49,380 bases of DNA from a virus (taxonomy: Duplodnaviria > Caudoviricetes). The notes beneath the pieces were generated by a model that saw only the letters and a program-made list of their open reading frames with translations, was not told where the DNA came from and did no database searches. Location of the stretch: the IMG/VR virus record IMGVR_UViG_3300005405_000040, positions 1 to 49,380 of that record, one strand, 5' to 3'. Every line of letters starts with the position of its first letter. The stretch's first letter is position 1. The translations under genes and the position numbers were made by a program. Positions 1-7,878 of this stretch are shown here, piece by piece.

Positions 1-82
1 GGGTGGCGGGTTGAGGGGGGCGAGGGGCCCGCGGGGCGGGGGGGGGGGGGGCGCCGCGGGGGGGTTTTTTTTTTTTTTTTTC

Positions 83-120
<38 letters not shown>

Positions 121-207
121 AAGAAAGAGAAACCAAAAAAGAAGCCTGAGTAGTAGGCTCTCCGTCGGTGAGCCGACCACGTAGGCGCTTCGAGCGGAGC
201 ACGAGCT

Positions 208-283
208 GGCGTAGCCAGCGTCAGGTCCGTTCACGAGTGTCAACTCCCCCCGTCTGGGGTAGTCTACAAGTATACAGTATACA
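208..283. repeat. Left copy of imperfect inverted repeat shared with the right end (49137-49215)
   Basis: 257-283 (27 bp), 219-236 (18 bp) and 208-216 (9 bp) are exact reverse complements of 49137-49163, 49184-49201 and 49207-49215. Confidence 0.9.
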
Positions 284-352
284 AGAGAGCTTACGAGAGA
301 CTTACACGCGCTTACGAGTGTAAGTAGCTGAATTTGCTCGCTTTCTTTGCTA

Positions 353-381
353 TTGACATCTCGAAGTGTAAGTCTTATTGT
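353..381 (+). promoter_or_regulatory. sigma70-type early promoter
   Basis: TTGACA-17 bp-TATTGT upstream of ORF 444. Confidence 0.65.
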
Positions 382-443
382 ATGTCTGTATGCTTCGCAT
401 ACAGCGTAAGTTCTACTAGCTTCGGCTAGCCAAACGAAGGGAG

Positions 444-662
444 GTGATTCTTTTGAAGCTTTCAATTCAGGAGCAAATTACTAATTTAGATGCGGAGCAG
501 AAGAAGGAATTGATTGCGCGGCTTAAGCTGCTCTCTATCGATCTTCTCGTGGAGCGGTTTGAAAAGGCGATTCAAGTGGCCCGCGCAAGTGAAGCTCGGG
601 CGATTGAGGCTGAGGCGCAGGTCGCAGTTTTGAAGGAGCTACTTATAGAGTTCCATCGTTAG
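444..662 (+). CDS. hypothetical early protein (coiled-coil)
   Basis: GGGAG RBS before GTG start; helical sequence. Confidence 0.6.
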   Translation: MILLKLSIQEQITNLDAEQKKELIARLKLLSIDLLVERFEKAIQVARASEARAIEAEAQVAVLKELLIEFHR

Positions 663-725
663 TTGGAATGAGAGAGGCTTTTTCAGCTATCGAACAAGCC
701 TCTCTCTGCTCAAAGGAGCAAAAGA

Positions 726-938
726 ATGGGAGAAATTGAGGTAGTTAAGAATTCCGTCGGAGATTGGGAGTTTCGTGATGGTGAGCGCGTCCTAATGTGC
801 ATTGCCGAGATTTCGGATGATGTACTGACCAACTTCTTTATCCATGTTCCAGGGGATTGTCCGATCTTCCATAGTGCATATGAGAAAGATCCTGGCGCAT
901 GGGAGCTTATTGTTCCTCATAGTAATCCTGGCATCTAG
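726..938 (+). CDS. hypothetical protein
   Basis: AAGGAG RBS, ATG start. Confidence 0.6.
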   Translation: MGEIEVVKNSVGDWEFRDGERVLMCIAEISDDVLTNFFIHVPGDCPIFHSAYEKDPGAWELIVPHSNPGI

Positions 939-1001
939 TTGTAGCTGGCTCTCCAAGCGAGCCCAGCGTGCGGAGCACGCAATGTTTGGATTGGAAAGAG
1001 G

Positions 1002-1847
1002 ATGAGTAATAAGAACAAGAAAGCAAACAGTGAGCCTATGGCTTGTTTCGACCCACGTGCACTTAAGCAAAGCGCCGTGGTTGAGGCGCGAATTGACATC
1101 CGCGTACTCGCTCGAATTGCGGAAGGGATGGCACGAGAGAATTTCCGCTTTTCCACAAAAAGCGAAATGATTCGAAACAGTTTGCTATTCCTTCACGACG
1201 TTTTGGTGCAAAATGGCCTAATCGAACGTTTCGAAACTATTTCAAACGAGGAAGCTGTTGAGATACTCGGAAGGATGGGGATTTATGAGATAAATCGAAG
1301 CGGACGGAACCAGCCAACCCTCTGTCGGCAAATTTCCATCGACCGCACGGCAGAGATGTCGGGCTTTGCCGACTTTAATCCGACTGGGGAAAAATGGGAC
1401 GTTTTGGCAAGAGAAGTTGCAAGGCGAGAAGGACGGCGAATCCCAGATGGTGTTGAAAATGGCGAGCCCTTTTGGCTCCTTGCAGATGGTTCGAGGTCAT
1501 TTGAGTATCCCGAACATGTCGAGCCTTGCTCACCAACGGTTCGAATTGAAGAGGATGTTCAGATTTTCGAGCCGATTCGAGGACGTGGTTCAGACAAGGA
1601 ACGAAACCAAATTGAGAAAGCCGTTCGAGTCGACCGCCAAGAGCAAAGAACAAAAGAACAAAAGGAGAAGTTAGGTAGCTTTACTGAGGAGCTTAGAAAG
1701 AAACAGGTTGGCAATGTTGAACTTGTTGAAGAAACCTTCAACATGAAGGAGTTTACGAAGAAAGAAGCCGAGAAACGCGAACGCCTTCGGGCTTTCGCTC
1801 GACCGCCAGCGCGGACGGAGTCCGAGTCCGAGTCCGAGTCGAATTAA
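1002..1847 (+). CDS. hypothetical protein, charged C-terminus
   Basis: 281-aa ORF in early operon; ends in ESESESES. Confidence 0.7.
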   Translation: MSNKNKKANSEPMACFDPRALKQSAVVEARIDIRVLARIAEGMARENFRFSTKSEMIRNSLLFLHDVLVQNGLIERFETISNEEAVEILGRMGIYEINRSGRNQPTLCRQISIDRTAEMSGFADFNPTGEKWDVLAREVARREGRRIPDGVENGEPFWLLADGSRSFEYPEHVEPCSPTVRIEEDVQIFEPIRGRGSDKERNQIEKAVRVDRQEQRTKEQKEKLGSFTEELRKKQVGNVELVEETFNMKEFTKKEAEKRERLRAFARPPARTESESESESN

Positions 1848-1856
1848 GGAGATAAC

Positions 1857-2102
1857 ATGTCAATAACAATTAGGTTTACACGGCCATTATTCCGACATCC
1901 GTCAGGCGAAAGCATCCAACAACCTGATTTTATTACCAAACTAAAGAGCCTCAAAAAAATCCAACCAGGAGAATATTGCGCCAAGGATATTTCCATCGGC
2001 GATAAAACCTTAGCCGAGTTGGAACGAATCGGGGAAATCCGTCCTATGTGGGACGTAATACAGGGTATGAATTATGTGGATGGAGATATCCATCTGGCTT
2101 AA
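1857..2102 (+). CDS. hypothetical protein
   Basis: AGGAG RBS; operon packing. Confidence 0.6.
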   Translation: MSITIRFTRPLFRHPSGESIQQPDFITKLKSLKKIQPGEYCAKDISIGDKTLAELERIGEIRPMWDVIQGMNYVDGDIHLA

Positions 2103-2250
2103 TATCGGTCAGATGGGCCGGAAACGCAGGATGAGTAGTAAAAAGAGCTTATGGCTTGTTCAGAAGTCGAACAAGCCTCTTTACAACGCGACAACGCAAA
2201 GCGTTGCCTGGCGAATAAGCACTAAACACAAACAAGAAAGAGGTATTAAG

Positions 2251-2439
2251 ATGGAACCCACAAAGAAGAAAGAAACCGTCCTTCTCATTTCTCCAAGACT
2301 CTTCCTCGCGCTGGCCTTCCCGCAGGCAAAATTCGTCGAAGACCAACTCGACGCGAACGCCTATCGGCTTTTCGAGCCAATTGTTCGTGCTCAGCTTCAA
2401 CCTGGCCTTCGAAAGATTAACCGAGTAGTTACACATTGA
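2251..2439 (+). CDS. hypothetical protein
   Basis: GAGGT RBS before ATG 2251, inside ORF 2074-2439. Confidence 0.5.
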   Translation: MEPTKKKETVLLISPRLFLALAFPQAKFVEDQLDANAYRLFEPIVRAQLQPGLRKINRVVTH

Positions 2440-2476
2440 AAGGGATGCTGGGACTGAAGAAGAAGGAGACAACGCT

Positions 2477-2668
2477 ATGTTATACCGCGCTAAGATCTAT
2501 CGTTTTACAAAACAAAATGGAGTAGTAAGTTATCCAATAGTAGGTTCTTCTGTTCGCCGAATCGCTTTGTGGACCACGCCTCCGTTTGATGCTTATCCGC
2601 CTTATTGTTTGGAGATTTACCATGACGAGCAGGAGGAAGTCGTCGAAGAAGAAAGGAGCCGAGAATGA
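2477..2668 (+). CDS. hypothetical protein
   Basis: AAGGAG RBS; ATGA overlap with next gene. Confidence 0.55.
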   Translation: MLYRAKIYRFTKQNGVVSYPIVGSSVRRIALWTTPPFDAYPPYCLEIYHDEQEEVVEEERSRE

Positions 2669-2982
2669 GCCTTGAACCTTGTCCATTTTGTGGTCTTTGG
2701 GTAAATTATGATTCCGAAACCGACCACTTCGCCTCACATGGATGTCATCCAGCATCCGAAAAGCTTCTCGAAGCGCGCCGTCGGACCTTCGCGACGAAAA
2801 CCTACATTCAACTCTTCGAATGTCCCTTCTGCGGCTCCGAACGAACCGACCTCGAACATGATGGGCCGTGGTTCGCCTTCTGTCACGATTGCGATGCGAG
2901 CGGGCCGCAGGCCGAGTCTCCCGAAGAAGCCGCAGACAAATGGAACCGTGCGATTCGAAAGGCGTTCGAAAAAGGAGAATAA
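2665..2982 (+). CDS. Lar-family restriction alleviation protein (Zn ribbon)
   Basis: CPFCG...CHDCDASGP...EEAADKWNR pattern typical of Lar_restr_allev. Confidence 0.75.
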   Translation: MSLEPCPFCGLWVNYDSETDHFASHGCHPASEKLLEARRRTFATKTYIQLFECPFCGSERTDLEHDGPWFAFCHDCDASGPQAESPEEAADKWNRAIRKAFEKGE

Positions 2983-2983
2983 A

Positions 2984-3376
2984 ATGCCTCGATTCATCGA
3001 CAACGGAGATGGAACAATCTCCGATACTAAAACAGGCCTTCTTTGGCAAAAGTCTGATGACGAAGTACGAAGAACCTGGCACGTAGCCAAAGAATATGCA
3101 GAGACTCTAACGCTGGCCGAGCACTCAGATTGGAGGCTTCCTACAATCGAAGAACTTATAGGAATCATAGATTATAAATGCTATGATCCTGCCTGTGCTT
3201 CAATATTCACGTGCCGCTCGAGCCATTACTGGTCGGGCAGTACCTGCGCGGGCTATACTTACTACGCGTGGGCCGTGCATTTCTACGTTGGCTACGTGTA
3301 CGCCTACGATAAGACTTTCAATGACTTCTATGTTCGGTGTGTGCGCGAAGAGGAGTCTTCCTCATGTCAATCCTAA
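2984..3376 (+). CDS. DUF1566/Lcl C-type-lectin-fold protein
   Basis: RFIDNGDGTISDTKTGLLWQ...DWRLPTIEEL...YWS...VRCVR; AAGGAG RBS before ATG 2984. Confidence 0.9.
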   Translation: MPRFIDNGDGTISDTKTGLLWQKSDDEVRRTWHVAKEYAETLTLAEHSDWRLPTIEELIGIIDYKCYDPACASIFTCRSSHYWSGSTCAGYTYYAWAVHFYVGYVYAYDKTFNDFYVRCVREEESSSCQS

Positions 3377-3573
3377 GCTTCATTACCACCTCATCCTCCA
3401 CCCGGCTCCGCGAAAAGCGCCTAAACGAAGAACTTCTCCGTCTTCGCACCCTCTGCGGCTTGCTTGAAGACGACCGTGAAGTTGAGGCCCTCTTCTTGGA
3501 ACTAGCCGAGCTTCGCCTTCAACTCACCGCGCTTCAACAACAAGTCCGAGCGCTTAGAGAAGGAAAAAACTGA
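3364..3573 (+). CDS. hypothetical coiled-coil protein
   Basis: GAGGAG RBS before ATG 3364. Confidence 0.55.
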   Translation: MSILSFITTSSSTRLREKRLNEELLRLRTLCGLLEDDREVEALFLELAELRLQLTALQQQVRALREGKN

Positions 3574-3698
3574 TGGAGCTAACCCTTCTTTTCCCCACTC
3601 TGCTTCTACTTCTCAGTACGATTGCCTTTGTTCAGCGTTCTTGGTTTTTCACCCTTATAGTTCTTCTTTGTTTCTTATTCTGGGGGATAAATAAATGA
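3573..3698 (+). CDS. small hydrophobic membrane protein (41 aa)
   Basis: Hand-translated MELTLLFPTLLLLLSTIAFVQRSWFFTLIVLLCFLFWGINK; overlaps the stop and start of its neighbours. Confidence 0.55.
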   Translation: MELTLLFPTLLLLLSTIAFVQRSWFFTLIVLLCFLFWGINK

Positions 3699-3919
3699 GC
3701 TTAGAATGTTATGATGGCAACAAGTTTGACACAATTAGCCAGGCCATAGAAGCCTACATCGATGGAGCAGATTATGAAAGAGGTGCTGTTGAGACGGCAC
3801 AGAGCACCGCAAATAACGCAGGTAAGTGCTTGGGCAATTTAGTCCAACTGCTAGTTGAGAAAGGTGTCCTTACGAAGAAAGAAGTTGAGGACAAGGTGCT
3901 TGTCGGATTATATTTATAA
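3695..3919 (+). CDS. hypothetical protein
   Basis: ATGA coupling; operon packing. Confidence 0.6.
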   Translation: MSLECYDGNKFDTISQAIEAYIDGADYERGAVETAQSTANNAGKCLGNLVQLLVEKGVLTKKEVEDKVLVGLYL

Positions 3920-3979
3920 TATTCTAAACAAGGCTTGTTCGATAACTGAACAAGCCTATCGCTTAAGGAGGAGGAAAGA

Positions 3980-4207
3980 ATGTTAAACGGAACCAACCCA
4001 AACAACCCCAAATACCAACGTCGAATAAGCCGTGATCCCTCTTTCGACTGGGAAAATCGTCTTCGCCGCTTGGCCGAAATTTGCGTCTCTTTCGAGCCGC
4101 AAAGCGAAGCTTTGCTAGGCACACAGGTGTCAAAAACAAGGGTCTATTCAGCAGCCCGAACAATCTGTAGGATATCTCACGAACACGAGAGAAGGAGGAC
4201 TCAATGA
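3980..4207 (+). CDS. hypothetical protein
   Basis: AAGGAGG RBS. Confidence 0.55.
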   Translation: MLNGTNPNNPKYQRRISRDPSFDWENRLRRLAEICVSFEPQSEALLGTQVSKTRVYSAARTICRISHEHERRRTQ

Positions 4208-4413
4208 AAGCCACTATTCTTTCTATCCGCCGAGAAAGCGTCTGGTTCGTTTCCGATCTCGATGATCCTGAAAACATTATTGGCTCAGACTGTAACATCT
4301 ACGCCCTTAAAGAATGTGGAAATGGTTTCCTTCAAATCGAAGGCTTTCGGCTTTCCGGACCTTATGCTGTCGCAACTTGTCCTTTTTGTATTTTCGGTGC
4401 TCAAATTATCTAA
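4204..4413 (+). CDS. hypothetical protein (CxxC)
   Basis: AGGAGG RBS; ATGA overlap. Confidence 0.55.
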   Translation: MKATILSIRRESVWFVSDLDDPENIIGSDCNIYALKECGNGFLQIEGFRLSGPYAVATCPFCIFGAQII

Positions 4414-4487
4414 TCCTATTCAGCAAAGCGGTCTGTTCAACTTTCAAACGAGCCGCTTTCAAAACGCACTGCCCGTGAATTTTTCTC

Positions 4488-4516
4488 TTGACAGCATTCT
4501 CGCACTATGCTATTCT
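4488..4516 (+). promoter_or_regulatory. strong sigma70-type promoter with extended -10
   Basis: TTGACA-17 bp-TATTCT with TG extension; palindrome copy 4430 lies just upstream. Confidence 0.75.
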
Positions 4517-4608
4517 CATAATCACGATGGTAAAAGGCTCCAACGCAACGTGCGTCGAGCTGAAATCCATCTAACCGCGGGAAACCGCAAAATTGAAGGA
4601 GACGAAAG

Positions 4609-5019
4609 ATGAGTACGCAGGACGTAAAAGTAACCTGTTCCAAGCGCTATGTTACGAAGGAAATTGATGGGAAACAAACCAAGGTCCTCGAAAACATGCC
4701 CAAAATCGAGGGGAAGGTTTCCTACAACATTCCGCAGTCCATGTCCGAAGCTACCGAACAGCTTGGCGAAGCTGTGGCTCTCAGCCTACTCCAGCAGAAA
4801 CTCGTGATCTTCGTTCAGGACACCTGGCGCCGTCTGGTAGCAAACGGCGAAACTCCCGAAAGTGCCACAACGAAAGCTGCCACTTCGAAGCCCGGCGTTG
4901 CAACTCCTCGTGTGACGGTTGACCCCAAAGAGGCATATTTGGCTCAGTTGAAGGCCATGTCTCCCGAAGAGCGAAAGGCCAAGATCAAAGAGCTTCAGGC
5001 CCTCGCTGCGGCCCTGTAG
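4609..5019 (+). CDS. small putative DNA-binding protein, paralog of 48448-48864
   Basis: AAGGAG RBS; own promoter and terminator; shares YxIPxxxxExTExLGE, QDxxRR and DPKExxLAQ with the 48448 ORF. Confidence 0.75.
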   Translation: MSTQDVKVTCSKRYVTKEIDGKQTKVLENMPKIEGKVSYNIPQSMSEATEQLGEAVALSLLQQKLVIFVQDTWRRLVANGETPESATTKAATSKPGVATPRVTVDPKEAYLAQLKAMSPEERKAKIKELQALAAAL

Positions 5020-5044
5020 GCGTTCCGCCTACTAACGAAAGAGC

Positions 5045-5075
5045 CCAGGGCGCGCGAAAGGCCCTGGGTTTCTTT
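5045..5075 (+). terminator. Rho-independent terminator
   Basis: CCCAGGGC...GCCCTGGG stem followed by TTTCTTT. Confidence 0.7.
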
Positions 5076-5255
5076 GAACCTGGAGGTGAACAAGAATGTG
5101 TAGTTGTGGCGGAGTTCAAGAAATCTTAGATTTTCGGCGAAAGCTCGAAATGCGATTTGGTCCTGCTACTACGTGGCAGAAAGGCTCAGAGCCGCTTCGT
5201 CTCCTAATTTCGTTCAAAGAGACGAAGAAGGATTGCATAGGAGGCTCGAAGGCTT

Positions 5256-6149
5256 ATGGTAATTAATCAAACCCCAAGCGACTGGCATCGAACAGGACGG
5301 CGAACAGGAATCCAATTGGCTTATCCATTTGAGGAAAAGCGCCTTCTCCGCTGGAACCCTCCCTTCCTCATCCAGCCTAAACTCGATGGCGAACGATGTC
5401 GCGTCGTGATCGACTCTGAAGGAGTCGTTCGGATGTTTTCGAGCGAAGCAAACCTTATCGAAAGTGTTCCCCACATCCAAGGCGCATTCGAGGCCCTTTC
5501 CGAGCGCCTTTCCCTTCGCTCGGTCGAACTCGATGGCGAACTTTACTGTCACGGGCTTCCGCTCGAAACCATCCACTCAATTGTTTCTCGGAAAGTTGAT
5601 TTGCACCCCGAGTTCGAATCCATCCAATTTCACTGCTTTGACTTGGTTGACGAAGACCATCCACAAATTCAACGACAAACCCGACTTCTCGATTTCTTCT
5701 CCAGTGTCTCCGTCCTCACTTATGAGCTTTCTCTTGTTCCTTTCCAAATTGTCTACAAACAAAGTGCTGTACTAGCTCAACTTGACTGGGCTCTCGAAGA
5801 GGGCTACGAGGGAATCATCGTGCGGCACATTGATGCGCCCTACGTGCGTCGGCGCTCAACCTTTATGATGAAGTTTAAACCGAAGAAGGAGGACATTTAT
5901 GAAATCATCGCTGTAACAGAAGAACTCTCTCAGCATGGCGAGCCAAAAGCCCGCCTGGGCGCCCTTATTTGCCGTGCACAAGAAGGTGAAGAAACCTTCC
6001 GCGTCGGTACAGGTTATTCTGCTGAAGAGCGGGCCGAGCTTTGGACGAAGCGAGTTTTGTTGCCTGGTAAGCGAGTCCGGGTGAAATACCAACATCTGAC
6101 AAGTGCCCGCGGAGTTCCGAGAAGCGCGGTTTTTGCTGAGATCCTATAA
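5256..6149 (+). CDS. lig: ATP-dependent DNA ligase
   Basis: KLDGER (motif I), LDGELY, FDL, EGIIVR, KFKP, OB-fold VGTG. Confidence 0.95.
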   Translation: MVINQTPSDWHRTGRRTGIQLAYPFEEKRLLRWNPPFLIQPKLDGERCRVVIDSEGVVRMFSSEANLIESVPHIQGAFEALSERLSLRSVELDGELYCHGLPLETIHSIVSRKVDLHPEFESIQFHCFDLVDEDHPQIQRQTRLLDFFSSVSVLTYELSLVPFQIVYKQSAVLAQLDWALEEGYEGIIVRHIDAPYVRRRSTFMMKFKPKKEDIYEIIAVTEELSQHGEPKARLGALICRAQEGEETFRVGTGYSAEERAELWTKRVLLPGKRVRVKYQHLTSARGVPRSAVFAEIL

Positions 6150-6164
6150 TCAAGGAGGAAAGAA

Positions 6165-6500
6165 ATGCCTATAACAAAACAAGAGGATTGGCAGAAGTGG
6201 GTAGAGGCAAACCAAGACCCATATGGCGCTACCTGTATTAATGTGGCACGACAGGTGATGAAGATCTTGGATGAGGAACAAGAATTTGATCCGCACGTTA
6301 TTATTTGTCGTGCTGATGAGGAAACAAATACTGGTGGGATAACTGGCTTTATGGCCGGAGCTGTGGCCCAAATGGTGTCCCAATGTCATAGTCGTGGTGA
6401 GGAATTCCGTAAAGCATGGAATAAAAACATTGGTGGAGACACAAGGCAAGAAGAATCAGAAGGTGTCCTTAATCCTGCCATATTAATTATTACCGAGTAG
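6165..6500 (+). CDS. hypothetical protein
   Basis: AAGGAGG RBS. Confidence 0.65.
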   Translation: MPITKQEDWQKWVEANQDPYGATCINVARQVMKILDEEQEFDPHVIICRADEETNTGGITGFMAGAVAQMVSQCHSRGEEFRKAWNKNIGGDTRQEESEGVLNPAILIITE

Positions 6501-6514
6501 TCTTCATCCACTCT

Positions 6515-6694
6515 GCTGCGGTGGCGGAAGCAACATACCCTAGGGAAAGATCCTAGGGCCTATAGGGAGACGCACTCCAAAGGACGCCCCCCAACAAGAC
6601 ACGCCAGCCTCTGTCGGGAATTGAGGGAGTTTGGAAGTTATAAACGGACTGGCTAAAACTTCCAAAATTGAGGGTTCGAATCCCTCCCGCAGCA
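6515..6694 (+). ncRNA. tRNA-like RNA (class II/Leu-type scaffold) with expanded D-loop and anticodon region
   Basis: Acceptor stem GCTGCGG/CCGCAGC+A; TGGCGGAA...GGGAGACGC D-arm; T-arm GAGGG-TTCGAAT-CCCTC; 10-bp variable-arm stem; no 7-nt anticodon loop. Confidence 0.8.
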
Positions 6695-6755
6695 CTACTT
6701 CAGACAATAGGCTTGTTCGATTCTTGAACAAGCCAAACAAAGAAGGAGAACAAAG

Positions 6756-7010
6756 ATGCCCATCTCAGCCGAACAAAAAAACGGTCTGCTTCAAAACTCC
6801 TCCGCCATGCTACTCATGTCAAAGGCTATCCTCGACGATGCCCAATCCAACAAGAAGACCCGAGAAGAAGCCCTCGCTATGATCGCCGCCTCAATCTCAA
6901 TGCTTAACATAACGCTTGCTTCTCTCACTCAAGCCGTCGTAAGCAATATGGAAGAGACGCTTGTTTTGTCGGCGAAGCAGATGCCGCCGAATCTGGCACG
7001 GCCCAGCTAA
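6756..7010 (+). CDS. hypothetical protein
   Basis: AAGGAG RBS; flanked by palindrome copies 6710 and 7014. Confidence 0.6.
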   Translation: MPISAEQKNGLLQNSSAMLLMSKAILDDAQSNKKTREEALAMIAASISMLNITLASLTQAVVSNMEETLVLSAKQMPPNLARPS

Positions 7011-7068
7011 GTCGGTCTGTTCAACTTTCAAACAAGCCTTCGTGCGAAGCATGAGAAAGGAGCCCAAC

Positions 7069-7233
7069 ATGCAAGCAACTGTTTATAGGGACGATTTCCA
7101 GTCCTTAATAACAGCACTCACAAATAATGGCTATATTATCACAAATATTGAAACTCTTCCTCCAGATAAGCATAACATGTTTACCTACTCGATCACTTAT
7201 GAAAAACCCACAAAAAAAGGAGAGTCAAAATGA
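7069..7233 (+). CDS. hypothetical protein
   Basis: AAGGAG RBS before ATG 7069. Confidence 0.5.
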   Translation: MQATVYRDDFQSLITALTNNGYIITNIETLPPDKHNMFTYSITYEKPTKKGESK

Positions 7234-7577
7234 CACGCCCCGCGTGTCCCAAGCGAAACGTCTGGATCGTTAACCGCTCCACCCACGACTTCTCCGACGC
7301 GGAACGGTTTGGCTCGTTGCGTTACCTAAGCGAAGGCTTGCTCCGGAAGCGAAACATAGCCTTCATGGTGCGGAAGTTTGAAAAAGCCCTCATGTGTTCA
7401 CACGCGGAGGATTTTCTTCTTCCCACCTCCCTAACCATCATGTGTATGATCGCAGCAGTTTGCTTCGTCCGTCGGCATGGACGACTAAACTTGCTGCTTT
7501 TTGAGGATGGAAAATACAAGGCCCGGTCGATTGTTTTCGACTCGGAGGAAAAAGGAGACAAGAATGAAGCTGATTAA
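7230..7577 (+). CDS. hypothetical phage protein
   Basis: AAGGAG RBS; coupled to neighbours. Confidence 0.65.
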   Translation: MTRPACPKRNVWIVNRSTHDFSDAERFGSLRYLSEGLLRKRNIAFMVRKFEKALMCSHAEDFLLPTSLTIMCMIAAVCFVRRHGRLNLLLFEDGKYKARSIVFDSEEKGDKNEAD

Positions 7578-7878
7578 ATGTGGCGCAATTTCCGTCGCAG
7601 GAGTAAAATTTCATTGCGATGTGGCCTTACTACGCACCATGAAACCCGGCCACTTAGTCCAGCTCATACGAGAGCCTGAAAACAAATTTGATCCTCATGC
7701 GATTGCCCTCTCTTACGACGGAAAGGAAATCGGCTACATTCCCGCAAAACTCTCCATCCACTTCTCTCCGCTTCTCGATAGCGGACAGCAATTCACTGGA
7801 GCAATTCGAAAGGTCTCTCCTGAGAAGCTGGAAATTATCATGGAACTCCTGTTTATCTCAAACAAGGAAGACGACTAA
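7564..7878 (+). CDS. HIRAN domain protein
   Basis: VAGVKF...LIREPENKFDPHAI...IGYIP; RBS before ATG 7564. Confidence 0.85.
   Translation: MKLIKCGAISVAGVKFHCDVALLRTMKPGHLVQLIREPENKFDPHAIALSYDGKEIGYIPAKLSIHFSPLLDSGQQFTGAIRKVSPEKLEIIMELLFISNKEDD

Noticed and set aside
1818-1840. (GAGTCC)n microsatellite
   Set aside because: In-frame hexamer encoding an ES tail; no phase-variation consequence
2984-3376. Complete DGR
   Set aside because: No reverse transcriptase, Avd or template repeat seen in the window
6515-6694. Canonical tRNA, tmRNA or group I intron-containing tRNA
   Set aside because: No 7-nt anticodon loop; no G3:U70 pair or tag ORF; inserts far too short for a self-splicing intron
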